64,000 bases of DNA, taken from positions 20,088,001 to 20,152,000 of the forward strand of contig NC_088854.1 in the NCBI RefSeq assembly GCF_963853765.1, read 5' to 3'. Of the stretch, positions 61,451 through 64,000 are shown piece by piece. Source of the DNA: Magallana gigas. Lineage: Eukaryota. The number at the start of each line of letters is the position of its first letter. Within the stretch, counting starts at the first letter, position 1. A model generated the notes under the pieces. It did not search any database. It was not told the origin of the DNA and was given only the letters and a program-made list of their open reading frames with translations. A program made the position numbers and the translations under genes.

Positions 61451-63126
61451 TCAAATGAATGAATGAGCCAGACGGTCCTCTGTATACACTTTATACCGAG
61501 TCGACGATTAACTGTCTGCTCTCCGATATCACAGCACCCCCACTAACGACAATCGCCATTGGTGATCTTGACCGAGAGAGGTGGTCAGCGATTAGTCGAT
61601 AATAACCCGTTCCGATTGGCCAGGTGAAAAAATCATTTCGATCCGGCTTTTGCACAGAATTTGTGTACTCCGAAAAATATCGTCCGTGTACTTAGTGGAA
61701 CAAAACTTTTATTCCAATTATAACTAAAACTTATTTGATTTACATAAAGTATTAAACACCATCTATATTCTACAGGATGTAATTGATACTTTAAAAAAAG
61801 CTACAACCCATTAGAATATTGCACAACTTACATTCACTCAATATTTTAACCTATTGATTCTCTGGCATTAAAATGGGAATAGTATATGCTGAATGATCAT
61901 CTGATATCTCAATTCAATTACAATAAACCCAGCATCATAACCCCCCCCCCCCCCAATAAATAAATAAGTAAATAAAGATATAGATTTATCAGAGAGAAAC
62001 ATAAAAGATCTATAGTTCAGAAGATCTACGCCATATGCATTTATATGTTTTATCATTCATGATTTAGCTAAGTAACAAAAGAACTTACTTTTATAGTTTG
62101 ATTTGCACAGAAATATCCGGGCATGTAAGTCCAAAACACTAGTTGTAATTGTAAATACAGACACAATGAGAGCCACTTGATTCTGGAAAGAGAGGGGTAA
62201 AAAATCTCAGGAAGACTGTATGTTTCAAAGTTCATCATGCAAACTATAAGGTGTAGATTTCAGTTTTTTGCTATTCTGTTCAGTGTCAAAGATAGAAGAA
62301 AGAATAATGTAACCAGAGTAGAATCATAATAAAATAATGTTAAAAAAAATGCATGTTTGTTCTCTCTCTCTCTCTCGCTCTCTCTCTCTCTCCGTATGTT
62401 TCCTTTCAATCAGAATTCAACATCACTAATCTTATGATAATGTGTATCAACCCACTTTCTAGTTAGTCTACAACATATATGAATGATGTACATTATTTGT
62501 TGTACTCATATCGCTTAGCCTTATAAATGTTGGATTTGAATAATGTAAATGCATGTATTTTTTTTTTGTGTATTCACTAAACAGACCTCAATCAATATCA
62601 TGCAGTTAGTTGCAGGAGCAAAATAAAAAACAAAAAACACATTCATAGCTATGTTTGGTGTTTGTTATTTCTCTCATCTCACCCCCCACCCATAATTTTT
62701 CTTTCAAATCTTCATTACTACTCCTGTAAATTTTACTACTCGAGTATTCATACTCTGGTCTGTAGCCGTGAACATTATGAAAAAAGCATGCACCTTGCAT
62801 TACAAACCCTTGCCATGTTACTCATTTACAATTTGTTTATATCTCCTTTTTAATATCTTATTTGTGAGTTTGTGTTGTTAATGCCCCCCCCCCCCCCTTC
62901 TGAACCATACCATAGTCAGATATGAATTAATAATATGTAATAACACATTATCACAGAAAAACTAGAAGGGGCTTAATGTACCTGTATAAAGTGTATATGA
63001 ATTCATTGTACTTGCATGTTTCTTTGCAACTTGCATTTGTAATTAAGGCATCTTTTCGAAAAATATTGGTAGCCCTGAAAAGGGCTTTTGTTGAAGGTTT
63101 GCAATCTGCAATGATGCTATGATTGC

Positions 63127-63729
63127 TTATTTTTTAGCTGCTGTCTTCTTGGGAGTCTTGGCTTTCTTTGGCTTGGCTGCTGCTGCTGCTTTTTTCGGAG
63201 TCTTGGCCTTCTTTGGCTTGGCTGCTGCCTTCTTAGGGGATTTGGCTGCCGTCTTCTTCTTGGGTGTCTTAACTTTCTTAGGTCCAGCTGCTTTCTTGGG
63301 GGACTTCTTCTTCTTCTCAGCAGTCTTTTTCTCCCCTGCCGCCTTCCTAGGCTTAACAGCTGTGGCCTTCTTTGGTTTGGCTGCCTTGGGTTTGGTGACT
63401 TTCTTCGCCTTTGGTTTTTTCTCTGTCTTTGGCTTGTCTCCTAACTTGAAAGAGCCAGTGGCGCCTGTTCCTTTGGCTTGTTTCAGAGCGCCTTTCTTCA
63501 CTCCGTTCTTGAGTGCCATTTTAAGGTGGACATTAATGGGGTTGACGTCGTTTCCCACTTTAAAGTTGGCCATTATGTACTTCAGAATGGCCTGTCTGGA
63601 AGATCCACCACGCTCTTTCAGAGATTCCAAGGCGGCCCTGATCATGTCAACGTACTTGGGGTGTGCTGCAGGTACCTTAGGCTTAGTAACCTTCTTCTTG
63701 ACTGGGGTTGTGGTTGCTGTGTCTGCCAT
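63127..63729 (-). CDS. H1: Linker histone H1
   Basis: Same protein as the 31891-32493 copy. Confidence 0.97.
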   Translation of the reverse strand: MADTATTTPVKKKVTKPKVPAAHPKYVDMIRAALESLKERGGSSRQAILKYIMANFKVGNDVNPINVHLKMALKNGVKKGALKQAKGTGATGSFKLGDKPKTEKKPKAKKVTKPKAAKPKKATAVKPRKAAGEKKTAEKKKKSPKKAAGPKKVKTPKKKTAAKSPKKAAAKPKKAKTPKKAAAAAKPKKAKTPKKTAAKK

Positions 63730-64000
63730 GGCTTCGGACGAAACGAAAACGCTGTACAATTCACTGCGAACTAATACGAGGAAATAGTGAAGTCTCACGC
63801 TCTCGCTGCTTTTGTTTACAGCGGGCGCGGACGTCCTCGAAAACATCCCTTAAAATCGAAGCGCATATGCATAGTAGAATTGATGTGTGTTTTGATGCCG
63901 ATGTTTACATCCTTGCTGCGCCGTTTAATGAGTACCGATTGCAGCTATTTTATGAAAATCACATTGTGTGGATATATCCCTACCATATCATCTGCATATT

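Overview
Eukaryotic, AT-rich genomic DNA, most likely from a bivalve mollusc and probably an oyster. That taxon call is inferred from the histone sequences and repeat families. Left part (1-22.6 kb): the last ten coding exons of a DPP7/DPP2-type S28 serine peptidase gene on the + strand. I reconstructed the exons from GT-AG sites; they join in one frame of 1122 nt with the catalytic Ser, Asp and His motifs. The large introns are filled with non-autonomous transposons: Helentron/HINE-like elements (one nested in another, one carrying three ~180-bp repeats), TIR MITEs, and a foldback-like element. Right part (24.7-64 kb): a tandem array of replication-dependent histone genes with a ~7.5-kb unit, ordered H1(-) H2A(-) H2B(+) H4(-) H3(-). 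Five units are present plus the start of a sixth, and every intact gene has a 3' stem-loop and a downstream purine-rich element. Notable irregularities: (1) the array starts inside an H1 gene, leaving a 39-aa chimeric H1 stub with its promoter; (2) a 1223-bp tandem duplication in unit 3 creates an extra promoter-bearing H4 whose last 12 residues are replaced and which has no stem-loop; (3) the edge unit is more diverged than the inner units; (4) there are single-copy H3 P30Q and H1 G132R variants; (5) a 216-N gap lies in unit 1. I found no large novel protein-coding system.
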